From the NCBI RefSeq assembly GCF_032153725.1, contig NZ_JALDYQ010000013.1:9686-73685 (forward strand): a DNA stretch of 64,000 nt. Reading direction: 5' to 3'. The stretch's first letter is position 1. Each line of letters starts with the position of its first letter. A model generated the notes under the pieces. That model was not told the DNA's origin. It made no database searches and was given only the letters and a program-made list of their open reading frames with translations. Source of the stretch: Sphingobium sp. Its GTDB lineage: Bacteria > Pseudomonadota > Alphaproteobacteria > Sphingomonadales > Sphingomonadaceae. This document shows positions 43,321-52,434 of the stretch, in pieces. Position numbers and translations under genes: made by a program.

Positions 43321-45916
43321 GGAGCGTCTCCTGCGTGGCTTGGACAAGGATGTTGGCGAGCGCGGGACGGCAGGACCCGCAATTGGTTCCCGCGCCGATC
43401 GCCTTGCCGATGGCGGGCACGTCGACAAGGCTCTGTTCGCGGATCGCCGCCATGATCTGATAAAGGCCGATGTCGAAGCAGACACAGACGGTCGGCCCCT
43501 TGTCGGGCTGGTTGCCCGGGCCACGCGCGGCCAGAACGGAACCGCCCACCCCTTCGGCTTCCAGTTGCCGGATGAGCCAGTCGCGCGAGGGCAGCAGGCC
43601 GGTGCGGGTCACGAACAGCACGCCGCACAGCTTGCCTTCGTTGATGATCGCGATCCGGCGGGTGCCGCGCGTCTGGTCGATGGCCTCGACGCGGTCGCCC
43701 TTGGGCAGGCAGGCTTCGAGCCGCACCGGATCGCCATTGCCGGCGATTTCATAGAGTGCGCCGCCCGGCACGGTGATCCGGGTGGACCAGAGGCAGGGCA
43801 GTTTCGCAGGCTGATCACCGCGCAGGATCAGGAAGCCCTTCCACTCGGTCGCGACTTTCTCGATGCTGGCCGGGGTGGATTTGAAACCGGGCTGGCCCGA
43901 ATGCGGGTCGACCAGCGGACGGGGCAGAAGGCCGGTGCGGCCGCCGCTCGACATCTGATCGGTCCAGTGGATGGGCGTGAAGATTTCGCCCAAACGCTGG
44001 CCTTCGCTGAAACCCACGCGGAAGATGCTGTTACCCTGCGCGGTCTGGACACGGGCGAGATCGCCGTCGGCCATGCCCAGCGCCTGCGCATCCTGCGGGT
44101 GGATTTCGACCAGCGGTTCCTCGCGATGGCGAGCGAGCCTGGGCGAGAGGCCAGTGCGGCTCATCGTGTGCCACTGGTCGCGGTAACGCCCGGTGTTGAG
44201 CGTCATTGGCCAATCCTTGAGCGGAGCCTGCACGTCCATCTGCCGGGTCAGGACCAGCCGCGCCTTGCCGTCGGGCGTGGTGAAACCCTTGGCGAACGGC
44301 GTGTCGCCACCCCAGCGGAACGGTTCCATCGCCTCATAAGCGTCATTGCCGATGGTGGCTTGGGCACGCAGGTTCAATGCCCGCGCGCCGTCATTCTGAT
44401 AGGCAGTCAGACGCGCATGTTCGCGCCAGATATCGGCCGGCCGGTCATAGGCGAAGGCATTGCGCCAGCCCATGCGGCGGGCGACTTCCTTGACGATCCA
44501 CCAGTCGGCCTTGGCTTCGCCTGGCAGGTCGAGGAAGGGCCGTTGACGGCTGATGGTGCGATCCGAGTTGGTGACGGTGCCGTCCTTCTCGCCCCAGCCG
44601 GCGGCGGGCAGGCGGACATCGGCATGGGTGGAGCTGTCGGTGTCGGCCATGATGTCCGACACGACGAGGAAGGGAACCGCCTCCAGCGCCTCGCGCACGC
44701 GGCCCGCATCGGGCAGCGAAACGGCGGGGTTGGTCGCCATGATCCAGAGCGCCTTGATCCGGCCTTCATTGATGGCGCGGAACAGGTCGACCGCCTTCAG
44801 GCCCGGCTTGGTCGCCATAGTGGGCGCGGCCCAGAAGCGGCCGACGCGCTCCACATTTTCGGGGGCGAAGTCCATGTGGGCGGCGAGCGTCGAGGCGAGG
44901 CCGCCGACTTCGCGACCGCCCATGGCATTGGGCTGGCCGGTGATGGAGAAGGGTGCCGCGCCCGGCTTGCCGATGCGGCCGGTGGCGAGGTGGACGTTGA
45001 TGATCGCGTTGACCTGATCGGTGCCGCGGATCGACTGGTTGATGCCCTGGCTGAACAGGGTGACGGTGCGCGGGGTGGCGGCGAACAGCTTGTAGAATTG
45101 CTCCAGCAGAGCGGGCGCGATGTCGCAGGTCTTCGCGGTCGTCCAGAGGTCGTGGCCGGCGCGGATATGCTCCCAAAAGCCTTCGGGCGCGTTCACATGG
45201 TCCGCGACAAAGGCCGGATCGGTGATCCCCTCCGCATCGCACCATGCGAGCAGGCCGTTCATCAGCGCGACGTCAGTGCCCGGCTTCACGGGCAGATGCA
45301 GGTCCGCGCCTTCGCAGGTTTCGGTGCGGCGCGGGTCGATCACGACCAGCTTTGTGCCGCGCGCGGCGCGGGCCGCCTGGATGCGCTGATAGACGATCGG
45401 GTGACACCAGGCGGTGTTGGAGCCGACCAGCACGATCAGGTCCGCTTCCTCCAGATCGTCATAGGTGGCGGGCACCACATCCTCGCCGAAGGCGCGATTG
45501 TGGCCGGCGACGGCGCTCGACATGCAGAGGCGGCTGTTGGTGTCGATGTTCGCCGATCCGATGAAACCCTTCATCAGCTTGTTGGCGACATAATAATCTT
45601 CGGTCATGAGCTGGCCGGAGACGTAGAATGCCACGCTGTCGGGACCGTAATGGTCGATGGTGTCGCGAAATTTCTTCGCCACCAGGTCCAGCGCCTTGCC
45701 CCAGCTCACGCGGCGATCGCCGATCATCGGGTGCAGCAGGCGGCCGGTCAGACCCACCGTTTCACCCAGATGCGTGCCCTTGGAGCAGAGGCGCCCGCCA
45801 TTGGCCGGATGCGCTTCATCGCCCTTGATCGTGACCGACCGGGGCCCGGTCGGCGTGGCCGAGATGCCGCAGCCGACGCCGCAATAGGCGCAGGTGGTGC
45901 GGATGGCCTGAGTCAT
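43307..45916 (-). CDS. nasA: assimilatory nitrate reductase catalytic subunit (molybdopterin oxidoreductase with C-terminal BFD-like 2Fe-2S domain)
   Basis: 869 aa. N-terminal CAYCGVGCG 4Fe-4S motif, MGD-binding domains, C-terminal CVCF...CGSC. Confidence 0.93.
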   Translation of the reverse strand: MTQAIRTTCAYCGVGCGISATPTGPRSVTIKGDEAHPANGGRLCSKGTHLGETVGLTGRLLHPMIGDRRVSWGKALDLVAKKFRDTIDHYGPDSVAFYVSGQLMTEDYYVANKLMKGFIGSANIDTNSRLCMSSAVAGHNRAFGEDVVPATYDDLEEADLIVLVGSNTAWCHPIVYQRIQAARAARGTKLVVIDPRRTETCEGADLHLPVKPGTDVALMNGLLAWCDAEGITDPAFVADHVNAPEGFWEHIRAGHDLWTTAKTCDIAPALLEQFYKLFAATPRTVTLFSQGINQSIRGTDQVNAIINVHLATGRIGKPGAAPFSITGQPNAMGGREVGGLASTLAAHMDFAPENVERVGRFWAAPTMATKPGLKAVDLFRAINEGRIKALWIMATNPAVSLPDAGRVREALEAVPFLVVSDIMADTDSSTHADVRLPAAGWGEKDGTVTNSDRTISRQRPFLDLPGEAKADWWIVKEVARRMGWRNAFAYDRPADIWREHARLTAYQNDGARALNLRAQATIGNDAYEAMEPFRWGGDTPFAKGFTTPDGKARLVLTRQMDVQAPLKDWPMTLNTGRYRDQWHTMSRTGLSPRLARHREEPLVEIHPQDAQALGMADGDLARVQTAQGNSIFRVGFSEGQRLGEIFTPIHWTDQMSSGGRTGLLPRPLVDPHSGQPGFKSTPASIEKVATEWKGFLILRGDQPAKLPCLWSTRITVPGGALYEIAGNGDPVRLEACLPKGDRVEAIDQTRGTRRIAIINEGKLCGVLFVTRTGLLPSRDWLIRQLEAEGVGGSVLAARGPGNQPDKGPTVCVCFDIGLYQIMAAIREQSLVDVPAIGKAIGAGTNCGSCRPALANILVQATQETLHAAE

Positions 45917-45992
45917 GCCTTTACCTCTTGATCAAAAGGGAGAATTGGGTGGAGGTGCGTACCGCAAGGGATGGCCAGCACGCCGCCCCCAC

Positions 45993-46023
45993 CCGGGTTC
46001 CCGCCGGCAAGAGCGGGAACCGG
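45993..46023. repeat. short GC hairpin unit (family C) between nirD and nasA
   Basis: CCGGGTTCCCGC-cggcaaga-GCGGGAACCGG. Confidence 0.5.
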
Positions 46024-46027
46024 AAAC

Positions 46028-46363
46028 TCACGCAGCCGCCTTCAGGGCCGCCGGACGGGCGATCAGGATGCGATCCCCTTCCTGACGGACCGCGATGGTC
46101 GGCGTGCAGCCTTCGTCATTGCCCTGCGCCTCGCCCGTTTTCAGGGCGATGTTCCAGTTGTGCAGCGGACAGGCGACGCTGTGGCCATGGACGATGCCCT
46201 GGCTCAGCGGGCCTTGCTTGTGCGGGCATTCGTTGACCAGCGCGAAGACCTGATCGTCGCCGGTGCGGAAGACGGCGATCTCCTTTTCGCCTGCGATCTG
46301 TACCGTGCGGGCGCCGCGCTGGGGAATGTCGGCCAGCGTTCCGATGTCGATCCAATCGGTCAT
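46028..46363 (-). CDS. nirD: nitrite reductase small subunit (Rieske-like)
   Basis: Track ORF trimmed to ATG 46363 (MTDWIDIGTLADIPQRGAR). CPHKQGPL...CPLHNW motif. 111 aa. Confidence 0.92.
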   Translation of the reverse strand: MTDWIDIGTLADIPQRGARTVQIAGEKEIAVFRTGDDQVFALVNECPHKQGPLSQGIVHGHSVACPLHNWNIALKTGEAQGNDEGCTPTIAVRQEGDRILIARPAALKAAA

Positions 46364-46368
46364 GTCGT

Positions 46369-48888
46369 TCACTCCGCGGCGATGGCGATAGGTTCGAGGG
46401 GCTGGTGCAGTTCCGCGTCCGCTCCGGCTGCGCGCTGCGCCCAGGGGTCTTCCTGAGAGAAGCTCTGCGAATAGAGGAAGCGGCTGCGCAGATGTTCGCG
46501 GCCTGCCTCGTCTTCCACGATCCGCTGTTTGATATATTCCACGCCGACACGCTCGATCCAGGGCGCGGTGCGCTCCAGATAGCGCGCTTCCTCGCGGTAG
46601 AGCTGAATGAAGGCAGCGCAATAATCGAGCGCTTCCTGCTCGGTCGAAACCTTGCACAGCAGGTCGGTGGCGCGGACATGGATGCCGCCATTGCCGCCGA
46701 CATGCAGTTCATAGCCCGAGTCCACGCAGACCACGCCAAAGTCCTTGATCGTCGCCTCCGCGCAGTTGCGGGGGCAGCCGGAGGCCGCGATCTTGAACTT
46801 GTGGGGCATCCACGATCCCCAGGTCATCCGCTCGATCTTGACGCCAAGACCGGTCGAATCCTGCGTGCCGAAACGGCACCATTCGGAACCCACGCAGGTC
46901 TTCACCGTGCGCAGCGACTTGCCATAGGCATGGCCGGACACCATGCCAGCGGCATTGAGGTCGGCCCAGACGGCGGGCAGGTCTTCCTTCTTGATGCCGA
47001 AAATGTCGAGACGCTGGCCGCCGGTGACCTTCACCATCGGTGCATCATATTTTTCGACCACATCGGCGATCGCGCGCAACTCACGCGGGTTGGTGAGGCC
47101 ACCCCACATGCGCGGCACGACCGAATAGGTGCCGTCCTTCTGGATGTTGGCGTGCATGCGCTCATTGACGAAGCGGCTCTGCTGGTCGTCCTGATATTCG
47201 CCGGGCAGCGCGCAAAGCAGATAGTAATTCAGCGCCGGGCGACAGGACGAGCAACCGTCCGGCGTCGACCAGTGGAGCAACTGCATCACTTCGGGGATCG
47301 AACGCATATTCTGCGCCACGATCTCACGGCGGACATCGTCATGGGTGAAGCTGGTGCATTTGCACATGGTCTTCGGCCCGGACTGGACGTCGTCGCCCAG
47401 TACCACCGCCAGCAGATTTTCGACGAGGCCGGTGCAGCTGCCGCAGCTCGCCGACGCCTTGCAGGTGGCGCGCACCGCATCAAGGCTGCAATTGCCCGCT
47501 GCGATGCAGGACACGACCTGGCCCTTGCTGACGCCGTTGCAGCCGCAGATCTCGGCATCGTCCGAGAGCGCCGCAACGGCCGCCTTAGGGTCCAGAGCGC
47601 CTCCTCCGGAGGCGAAGGCCTGTCCGAAGATCAGCAGGTCGCGGATGTCCGCAACATCTTCTTCCCGCTTCAGCAGGTCGAAATACCAGCCGCCGTCGAC
47701 GGTGTCGCCATAGAGGACGGCGCCGACGATCCTGTCGTCCTTGACGACGACGCGCTTGTAGACGCCGCGCGAGGCGTCGCGCAGGACGATATCCTCGCAG
47801 CCTTCGCCGCCCGAGAAGTCACCGGCGGAGAACACGTCCAGACCGGCGACCTTGAGCTTGGTCGAGGTGACCGAACCCTTATAGCCCGTGTGCTGATCGG
47901 TGAGGCCGTCCGCAAGGCTGCGGCACATGTCCCACAGCGGCGCGACGAGGCCGTAGACATTGCCGTCATGCTCGACGCATTCACCGACTGCGAGAACATC
48001 GGGATCGCTGGTGACCATATGGTCGTCGACCTTGATGCCGCGATTGACTTCCAGGCCGGCTTCGCGGGCCAGAGCGGTCGACGGGCGGATGCCCACGGCC
48101 ATGACGACCAGGCTCGCCGGGATTTCGGTTCCGTCCTTCAGGCGGACGCCCTCGACCTTGCCGTCGCCGTAGATGGCTTCGGTATTGGCGCCGGTCAGGA
48201 TGGTCTGGCCCCGGCCTTCCAGCGCGCTCTTGAGCAGCCAGCCCGCCGCTTCGTCGAGCTGACGCTCCATCAGCGTGTCCATCAGGTGGATGACCGTCAC
48301 CTTCATGCCGCGCAGGGTCAGGCCATGCGCCGCTTCCAGCCCCAGCAGGCCGCCACCGATCACCACCGCGGCGCCGCCCTTATCGGCGGCTTCCAGCATG
48401 GTGTCGACATCCTTCATGTCGCGGAAGCTGATGACGCCGGGCAGATCCTTCCCCGGAACCGGGATGATGAAGGGGTCTGACCCGGTGGCGATCAACAGCT
48501 TGTCATAGCCGACGGTGCGACCCGATTGGCTCGTGACGGTCTTTGCGGTGCGGTCTATGGCCGTCACCGGATCACCCGCGATCAGCTCGATATTATTCTC
48601 GCTATACCATTCACGGCTGTTGATGATGATGTCATCGAAGCTCTTTTCGCCAGCCAGAACCGGCGAGAGCATGATGCGGTTATAGTTCACATAAGGCTCT
48701 GCGCCGAAGATGGTGATGCGATAGCGTCGCCCACCTTGACCTGGCTTGTCCCGCGCCAGCAGTTCCTCGACCGCGCGGCAACCGGCCATGCCGTTGCCCA
48801 CGACCACCAGATGTTCCTGGACATCCTCGGACGGCACGAAGATTTCCTCTTCGTTGGCCGTTTCCGGTCCGTTGTTCTGAAAATCCAT
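46369..48888 (-). CDS. nirB: NAD(P)H-dependent nitrite reductase large subunit
   Basis: 839 aa. FAD/NAD Rossmann motifs, BFD-like 2Fe-2S, siroheme/4Fe-4S motif (CVGSEWCRFG...SGCPRNCAE). Confidence 0.95.
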   Translation of the reverse strand: MDFQNNGPETANEEEIFVPSEDVQEHLVVVGNGMAGCRAVEELLARDKPGQGGRRYRITIFGAEPYVNYNRIMLSPVLAGEKSFDDIIINSREWYSENNIELIAGDPVTAIDRTAKTVTSQSGRTVGYDKLLIATGSDPFIIPVPGKDLPGVISFRDMKDVDTMLEAADKGGAAVVIGGGLLGLEAAHGLTLRGMKVTVIHLMDTLMERQLDEAAGWLLKSALEGRGQTILTGANTEAIYGDGKVEGVRLKDGTEIPASLVVMAVGIRPSTALAREAGLEVNRGIKVDDHMVTSDPDVLAVGECVEHDGNVYGLVAPLWDMCRSLADGLTDQHTGYKGSVTSTKLKVAGLDVFSAGDFSGGEGCEDIVLRDASRGVYKRVVVKDDRIVGAVLYGDTVDGGWYFDLLKREEDVADIRDLLIFGQAFASGGGALDPKAAVAALSDDAEICGCNGVSKGQVVSCIAAGNCSLDAVRATCKASASCGSCTGLVENLLAVVLGDDVQSGPKTMCKCTSFTHDDVRREIVAQNMRSIPEVMQLLHWSTPDGCSSCRPALNYYLLCALPGEYQDDQQSRFVNERMHANIQKDGTYSVVPRMWGGLTNPRELRAIADVVEKYDAPMVKVTGGQRLDIFGIKKEDLPAVWADLNAAGMVSGHAYGKSLRTVKTCVGSEWCRFGTQDSTGLGVKIERMTWGSWMPHKFKIAASGCPRNCAEATIKDFGVVCVDSGYELHVGGNGGIHVRATDLLCKVSTEQEALDYCAAFIQLYREEARYLERTAPWIERVGVEYIKQRIVEDEAGREHLRSRFLYSQSFSQEDPWAQRAAGADAELHQPLEPIAIAAE

Positions 48889-48904
48889 CCCTTGACTCCA
48901 GAAT

Positions 48905-49001
48905 AAAAAAAAGCCGCCATCCGGACCCTCGGTTCAGAACCGAAAGTCAGGATGGCGGCTTTGCCATCATTTGCGCCTTGCCGATCCGTCTGTGGACCAG
49001 C
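48905..49001 (-). promoter_or_regulatory. ANTAR (NasT)-type dual-hairpin leader plus intrinsic terminator upstream of nirB
   Basis: P1 GCUGGUCC-ACAGAC-GGAUCGGC (48980-49001). P2 GAUGGC-AAAGCC-GCCAUC (48951-48968). Terminator AAAGCCGCCAUCC...GGAUGGCGGCUUU with the U-run extending to U8 in total (48905-48962). Both hexaloops have A1 and G4. P2 and the terminator share AAAGCCGCCAUC. Confidence 0.7.
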
Positions 49002-49040
49002 GCAGCTATGGAAGAAGGACAACCTCGTCCTTTGCATTGC

Positions 49041-49068
49041 AGCATATGCTTTTGACGATTCGGGTCAA
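49041..49068 (-). promoter_or_regulatory. candidate sigma70 promoter for nirBD-nasA-cobA
   Basis: Minus strand TTGACC (49063-49068), 16-nt spacer, TATGCT (49041-49046), about 45 nt upstream of leader hairpin P1. Confidence 0.35.
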
Positions 49069-49129
49069 GCGATTCCTCGCAGAACGATGTATTTTTGTTC
49101 CGGTCCCGCCGCGGCCTATCGCAAACGCG

Positions 49130-49161
49130 AAAAGGGCGGCGGCCTTTCGCGGGCCGCCGCC
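49130..49161 (-). terminator. intrinsic terminator downstream of narK
   Basis: Minus strand GGCGGCGGCC-cgcgaaa-GGCCGCCGCC followed by CUUUUCGCGUUU. Confidence 0.7.
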
Positions 49162-49185
49162 TCCCCCTTCTGTCAGCCGTCCAGA

Positions 49186-50427
49186 TCAGATGCGGGCAGC
49201 GCTGGTCCAGGTCGCGCGCCAGCGGGCACGAACCAGCAAAATGCCGAGGAAAGCCACCAGCGCGAGCCCCGCGAAGATCAGGAAACCGGGGGCGAAGCTG
49301 CCGGTGAACTGCTTGGCAATACCCAGCGAGGACGCCAGGTAGAAACCGCCAATGCCGCCCGCCATGCCGACCAGGCCGGTCATGACGCCGATCTCTTCCT
49401 GGAAGCGCTGGGGCACCAGCTGGAACACCGAGCCATTGCCCACGCCCAGCGCCAGCATCGCGGCGACAAAGAAGCCGAGAGCCGAGAACAAGGTCGGCGC
49501 ATAGGCAACCCCGGACAGAGCCAGAGCTGCCATGATATAGACCATCATCAACGCCTTCACGCCGCCGATCCTGTCAGCCAGCGCGCCGCCCATCGGACGG
49601 ATCAGCGACCCTGCGAACACGCAGCCCGCGGTGCAATAACCCGCGACCACCGGGGTCAGGCCAAACTGGTCGGTGAAGTAGATCGGCAGCGACGCGGCCA
49701 GACCCACGAACCCGCCGAAGGTCACCGAGTAGAAGCCCATCAGCCACCAGGCGTCAGCGCTCCTGAGCGGCCGGAAATAGTCGACCAGCTTCTTGGGCGC
49801 GGGCGCATTGGGCGAATTCTTCGCCATGATCATATAGACGATGAAGACGATGGTCAGCGGAATGCACGCCAGGCCGAGCACCGAGTTCCAGCCAAAAGCC
49901 TTGGCCAGCATCGGCGCGAACAGCGAAGCCAGCACCGTGCCCGAATTGCCCATGCCGGCGAGGCCCATGGCCTTGCCCTGATGCTCAGGCGGATACCAGC
50001 GGCTGGCGAGCGGCAGCGCGATCGCGAAGCTTGCCCCCGCAAAGCCCAGGATCACGCCCAGCGCCAGCGTGCCGCCGAAGCTGTCAACGCCCATGAACCA
50101 GGCCGTGAACAAGCCGATGATGACGATCACCTGGCTGATCGCGCCCGCCTGCTTGCAGCCGATGCGGTCGACCAGCAGGCCGTTCACCACGCGCAGCAGG
50201 GCGCCCGCCAGCGTCGGAACCGCTACCATCAGGCCCTTTTCGGCGGGCGTCAGACCCAGCGTCTTGGAGATGGAGGGCGCCAGCGGCCCCAGCAGCACCC
50301 ACACCATGAAGGCGAGGTCGAAATAGAGGAAAGCGGCGATCAGGGTCGGCGTATGCCCGGCCTTCCAGAAACTGGTCTGGCCGGCCTCCCCTTCGCCCTC
50401 CGGGCGATCCCAATAAGCAGTTGCCAT
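49186..50427 (-). CDS. narK: NarK/NasA-family MFS nitrate/nitrite transporter
   Basis: Track ORF trimmed to ATG 50427 (MATAYWDRPEG). 12-TM MFS with nitrate-transporter Gly-rich signatures. Confidence 0.92.
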   Translation of the reverse strand: MATAYWDRPEGEGEAGQTSFWKAGHTPTLIAAFLYFDLAFMVWVLLGPLAPSISKTLGLTPAEKGLMVAVPTLAGALLRVVNGLLVDRIGCKQAGAISQVIVIIGLFTAWFMGVDSFGGTLALGVILGFAGASFAIALPLASRWYPPEHQGKAMGLAGMGNSGTVLASLFAPMLAKAFGWNSVLGLACIPLTIVFIVYMIMAKNSPNAPAPKKLVDYFRPLRSADAWWLMGFYSVTFGGFVGLAASLPIYFTDQFGLTPVVAGYCTAGCVFAGSLIRPMGGALADRIGGVKALMMVYIMAALALSGVAYAPTLFSALGFFVAAMLALGVGNGSVFQLVPQRFQEEIGVMTGLVGMAGGIGGFYLASSLGIAKQFTGSFAPGFLIFAGLALVAFLGILLVRARWRATWTSAARI

Positions 50428-50462
50428 GTTGACGTCCCTCAAACTCTTATGAACTGGACACG

Positions 50463-50561
50463 AAAAAAGCCGCCTCCGGACCTCGTTTCCACGAAATCCG
50501 GCCAGCGGCTTTGCTGCAAAATTCTGTTGAGGAGAGCGTGTCCCCATCCTTGGGCACGCTC
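50463..50561 (-). promoter_or_regulatory. ANTAR (NasT)-type dual-hairpin leader plus intrinsic terminator upstream of narK
   Basis: P1 GAGCGUG-CCC-AAGGAU-GGG-ga-CACGCUC (50534-50561). P2 CAGC-AAAGCC-GCUG (50503-50516). Terminator AAAGCCGCUGGCCGGA...UCCGGAGGCGGCUUU, with the U-run continuing to UUUUUU (six U in total) (50463-50512). Both hexaloops have A1 and G4. Confidence 0.7.
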
Positions 50562-50653
50562 ATCCGATAAACGCACTTCGTCGCGCGACTCTTATCTTAT
50601 CTCGTGATTCGCTTCATGTTGCAAGGCACAATTTTGGGGCGGCATCGGGAAGA

Positions 50654-51856
50654 TCAAAAGCTCGCGAGGAAATCCTCGATCCGCTCAGGATCGAATATGC
50701 GTCCGTCGAAAAAGCGATCGGGGCCCAGCGTCAGCTCCCCCCGCTTCGATCCCACCGCCAGCGGGGATGCCACGGCGCCTTCCACCTTCATGCTCGCGCC
50801 AGGCATCGGCACATTGCTGTCGGCCAGCGCCCGGCGGAAGATATCCGGACGAAAGACCGCGGCCGCCTTCGCCGCATTGTCCGAACGATGCTCCACCATC
50901 TTCCAGCGGACCATCTGCGAATAGAGCCAGAGCGCCTGGCTACGCCACGGAAAGGGCGTAGCCTCGCGGGAAAAGAGCATGAAATCCGGCATGTGCAGCG
51001 GCGCCATGTCGACCCGCGCGACAATGCCGCCCGACAGCGCGCGCAGGATCAGCTCGGCCGGCTGGTCGACATATTGAGGTTGCGAGAGCAGATGCGCCAG
51101 CGCCTCATGATGCTCCGGCTCGTCACACCAGGCCGCCGCCCGGACCAGCGCGCGGAGCAAGCCGTCCACGAGCTGGGGATTCTCCTCCAGCCAGGGAGTG
51201 CGGAAGGCCAGCACCTTTTCCACCCCGCGTCGCCAGATGCGTTCGCCGATCGCTACAGCTTCGGCAATGCCCGCGTCCACCGCCGCGCTGCCCCAGGGTT
51301 CGCCCGCGATGAAGCCGTCAATCTCGCCCAGGCGCATCGCCTCCACCGTCAGCGAGGGGGGCACCACGCGCAGCACCACGTCGCGATCCGGGTCCACTCC
51401 TGCGCTGGCGAGCCAGTAGCGCAGCATGATCGCGTGGCTGGAGAAGCGATGGACGACGCCGATCACCGGCTTGCGCCGCCACAAACCGATCGCCGCCGCG
51501 AAATCATGCGCGGTGCCCAGCGGATCATCGAGCCGGGCGGCGACATCGGGGTCCAGCGCCTGCGCGAAATCGCTGGCCATCACCAGCATATTGCCGTTGA
51601 CGTTAAGCTTGTAGGGCGCGGAAAGCGGCGCGGCCTGCTGGCTCAGGCCCAAGGTCACCGCCACCGCGAGCGGCGCCAGCATGTGCGCCGCCTGCACCTG
51701 CCCGAACACCAGCCGGTCGCGCAGCGTCGCCCAACTGACCGTGCGGACCAGGTCGAGGGAGAGTCCCTCTTCCTCGGCAAAGCCCTTTTCCCGTGCCACC
51801 GCCAGCACGGCGGCATCGGTCAGCGGCAGGAATGCAATGCGCAGCGCTGTCGTCAC
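50654..51856 (-). CDS. nasS: NrtA/CmpA-like nitrate-binding sensor protein NasS
   Basis: 400 aa, no signal peptide. LRIAFLPLTDAAVLAVA pattern of NrtA-type binding proteins. ATGA overlap with nasT. Confidence 0.88.
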   Translation of the reverse strand: MTTALRIAFLPLTDAAVLAVAREKGFAEEEGLSLDLVRTVSWATLRDRLVFGQVQAAHMLAPLAVAVTLGLSQQAAPLSAPYKLNVNGNMLVMASDFAQALDPDVAARLDDPLGTAHDFAAAIGLWRRKPVIGVVHRFSSHAIMLRYWLASAGVDPDRDVVLRVVPPSLTVEAMRLGEIDGFIAGEPWGSAAVDAGIAEAVAIGERIWRRGVEKVLAFRTPWLEENPQLVDGLLRALVRAAAWCDEPEHHEALAHLLSQPQYVDQPAELILRALSGGIVARVDMAPLHMPDFMLFSREATPFPWRSQALWLYSQMVRWKMVEHRSDNAAKAAAVFRPDIFRRALADSNVPMPGASMKVEGAVASPLAVGSKRGELTLGPDRFFDGRIFDPERIEDFLASF

Positions 51857-52434
51857 AGGGCCCCTCCCAACAGGTCGCTGGCGGTGATGAGGGCCTGAGC
51901 GACATCCACGATCTTCTTCCCCTGATTCATCGCGCTCGACCGCAGCAGCGCATAGGCGTCGGGTTCCGACAGACCCCGCTGGCTCATCAGGATGGATTTG
52001 GCGCGGTCGATGATCTTGCGGTCGGACAGCGCCGTGCGCGCCTCGTCCAGTTCGGTCTGGATTTTCGCAAAGGCGTTGAAGCGCCGCACCGCCAGTTCCA
52101 GCACCGGCTTGACCCGTTCCTTGCGCAGCCCGTCGACCACATAAGCGGACACGCCGGCATCGATCGCCGCGCCGATCATCGAATCGTCGGACTGGTCGAC
52201 GAACATCGCGATCGGCCGGGCAAGCGCGCGGCTGACCGACAGCATCTCCTCCAGCGTGTCGCGGCTGGGGCTGCCCAAATCCATCAGCACGACGTCGGGC
52301 GCCATGCGTTCCAGCCGCGCGACGAAGCCGCCACGCGGGGGAACGATATGAATATCGTCATAGCCCGCCTCCCGCAGTCCTTCTTCAAGAACCGTCGCGC
52401 GCAAGCCGCTGTCGTCGATGATGACGATTCGCAT
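51853..52434 (-). CDS. nasT: ANTAR-domain response regulator / antiterminator NasT
   Basis: 193 aa. REC-like N-terminus (MRIVIIDD...VVLMDLG) and C-terminal ANTAR helices (LSDRKIIDRAKSILMSQRGLSEPDAYALLRSSAMNQGKKIVDVA). Confidence 0.92.
   Translation of the reverse strand: MRIVIIDDSGLRATVLEEGLREAGYDDIHIVPPRGGFVARLERMAPDVVLMDLGSPSRDTLEEMLSVSRALARPIAMFVDQSDDSMIGAAIDAGVSAYVVDGLRKERVKPVLELAVRRFNAFAKIQTELDEARTALSDRKIIDRAKSILMSQRGLSEPDAYALLRSSAMNQGKKIVDVAQALITASDLLGGAL

Noticed and set aside
43238-45931. 897-aa plus-strand ORF
   Set aside because: It lies exactly antisense to nasA. Its composition is dominated by Arg/Gly/Ala/Asp with no recognisable motif. This is a typical shadow ORF of a high-GC3 gene.
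46405-48480. 691-aa plus-strand ORF
   Set aside because: Antisense shadow of nirB, with no domain signatures. nirB on the other strand has unambiguous cofactor motifs.
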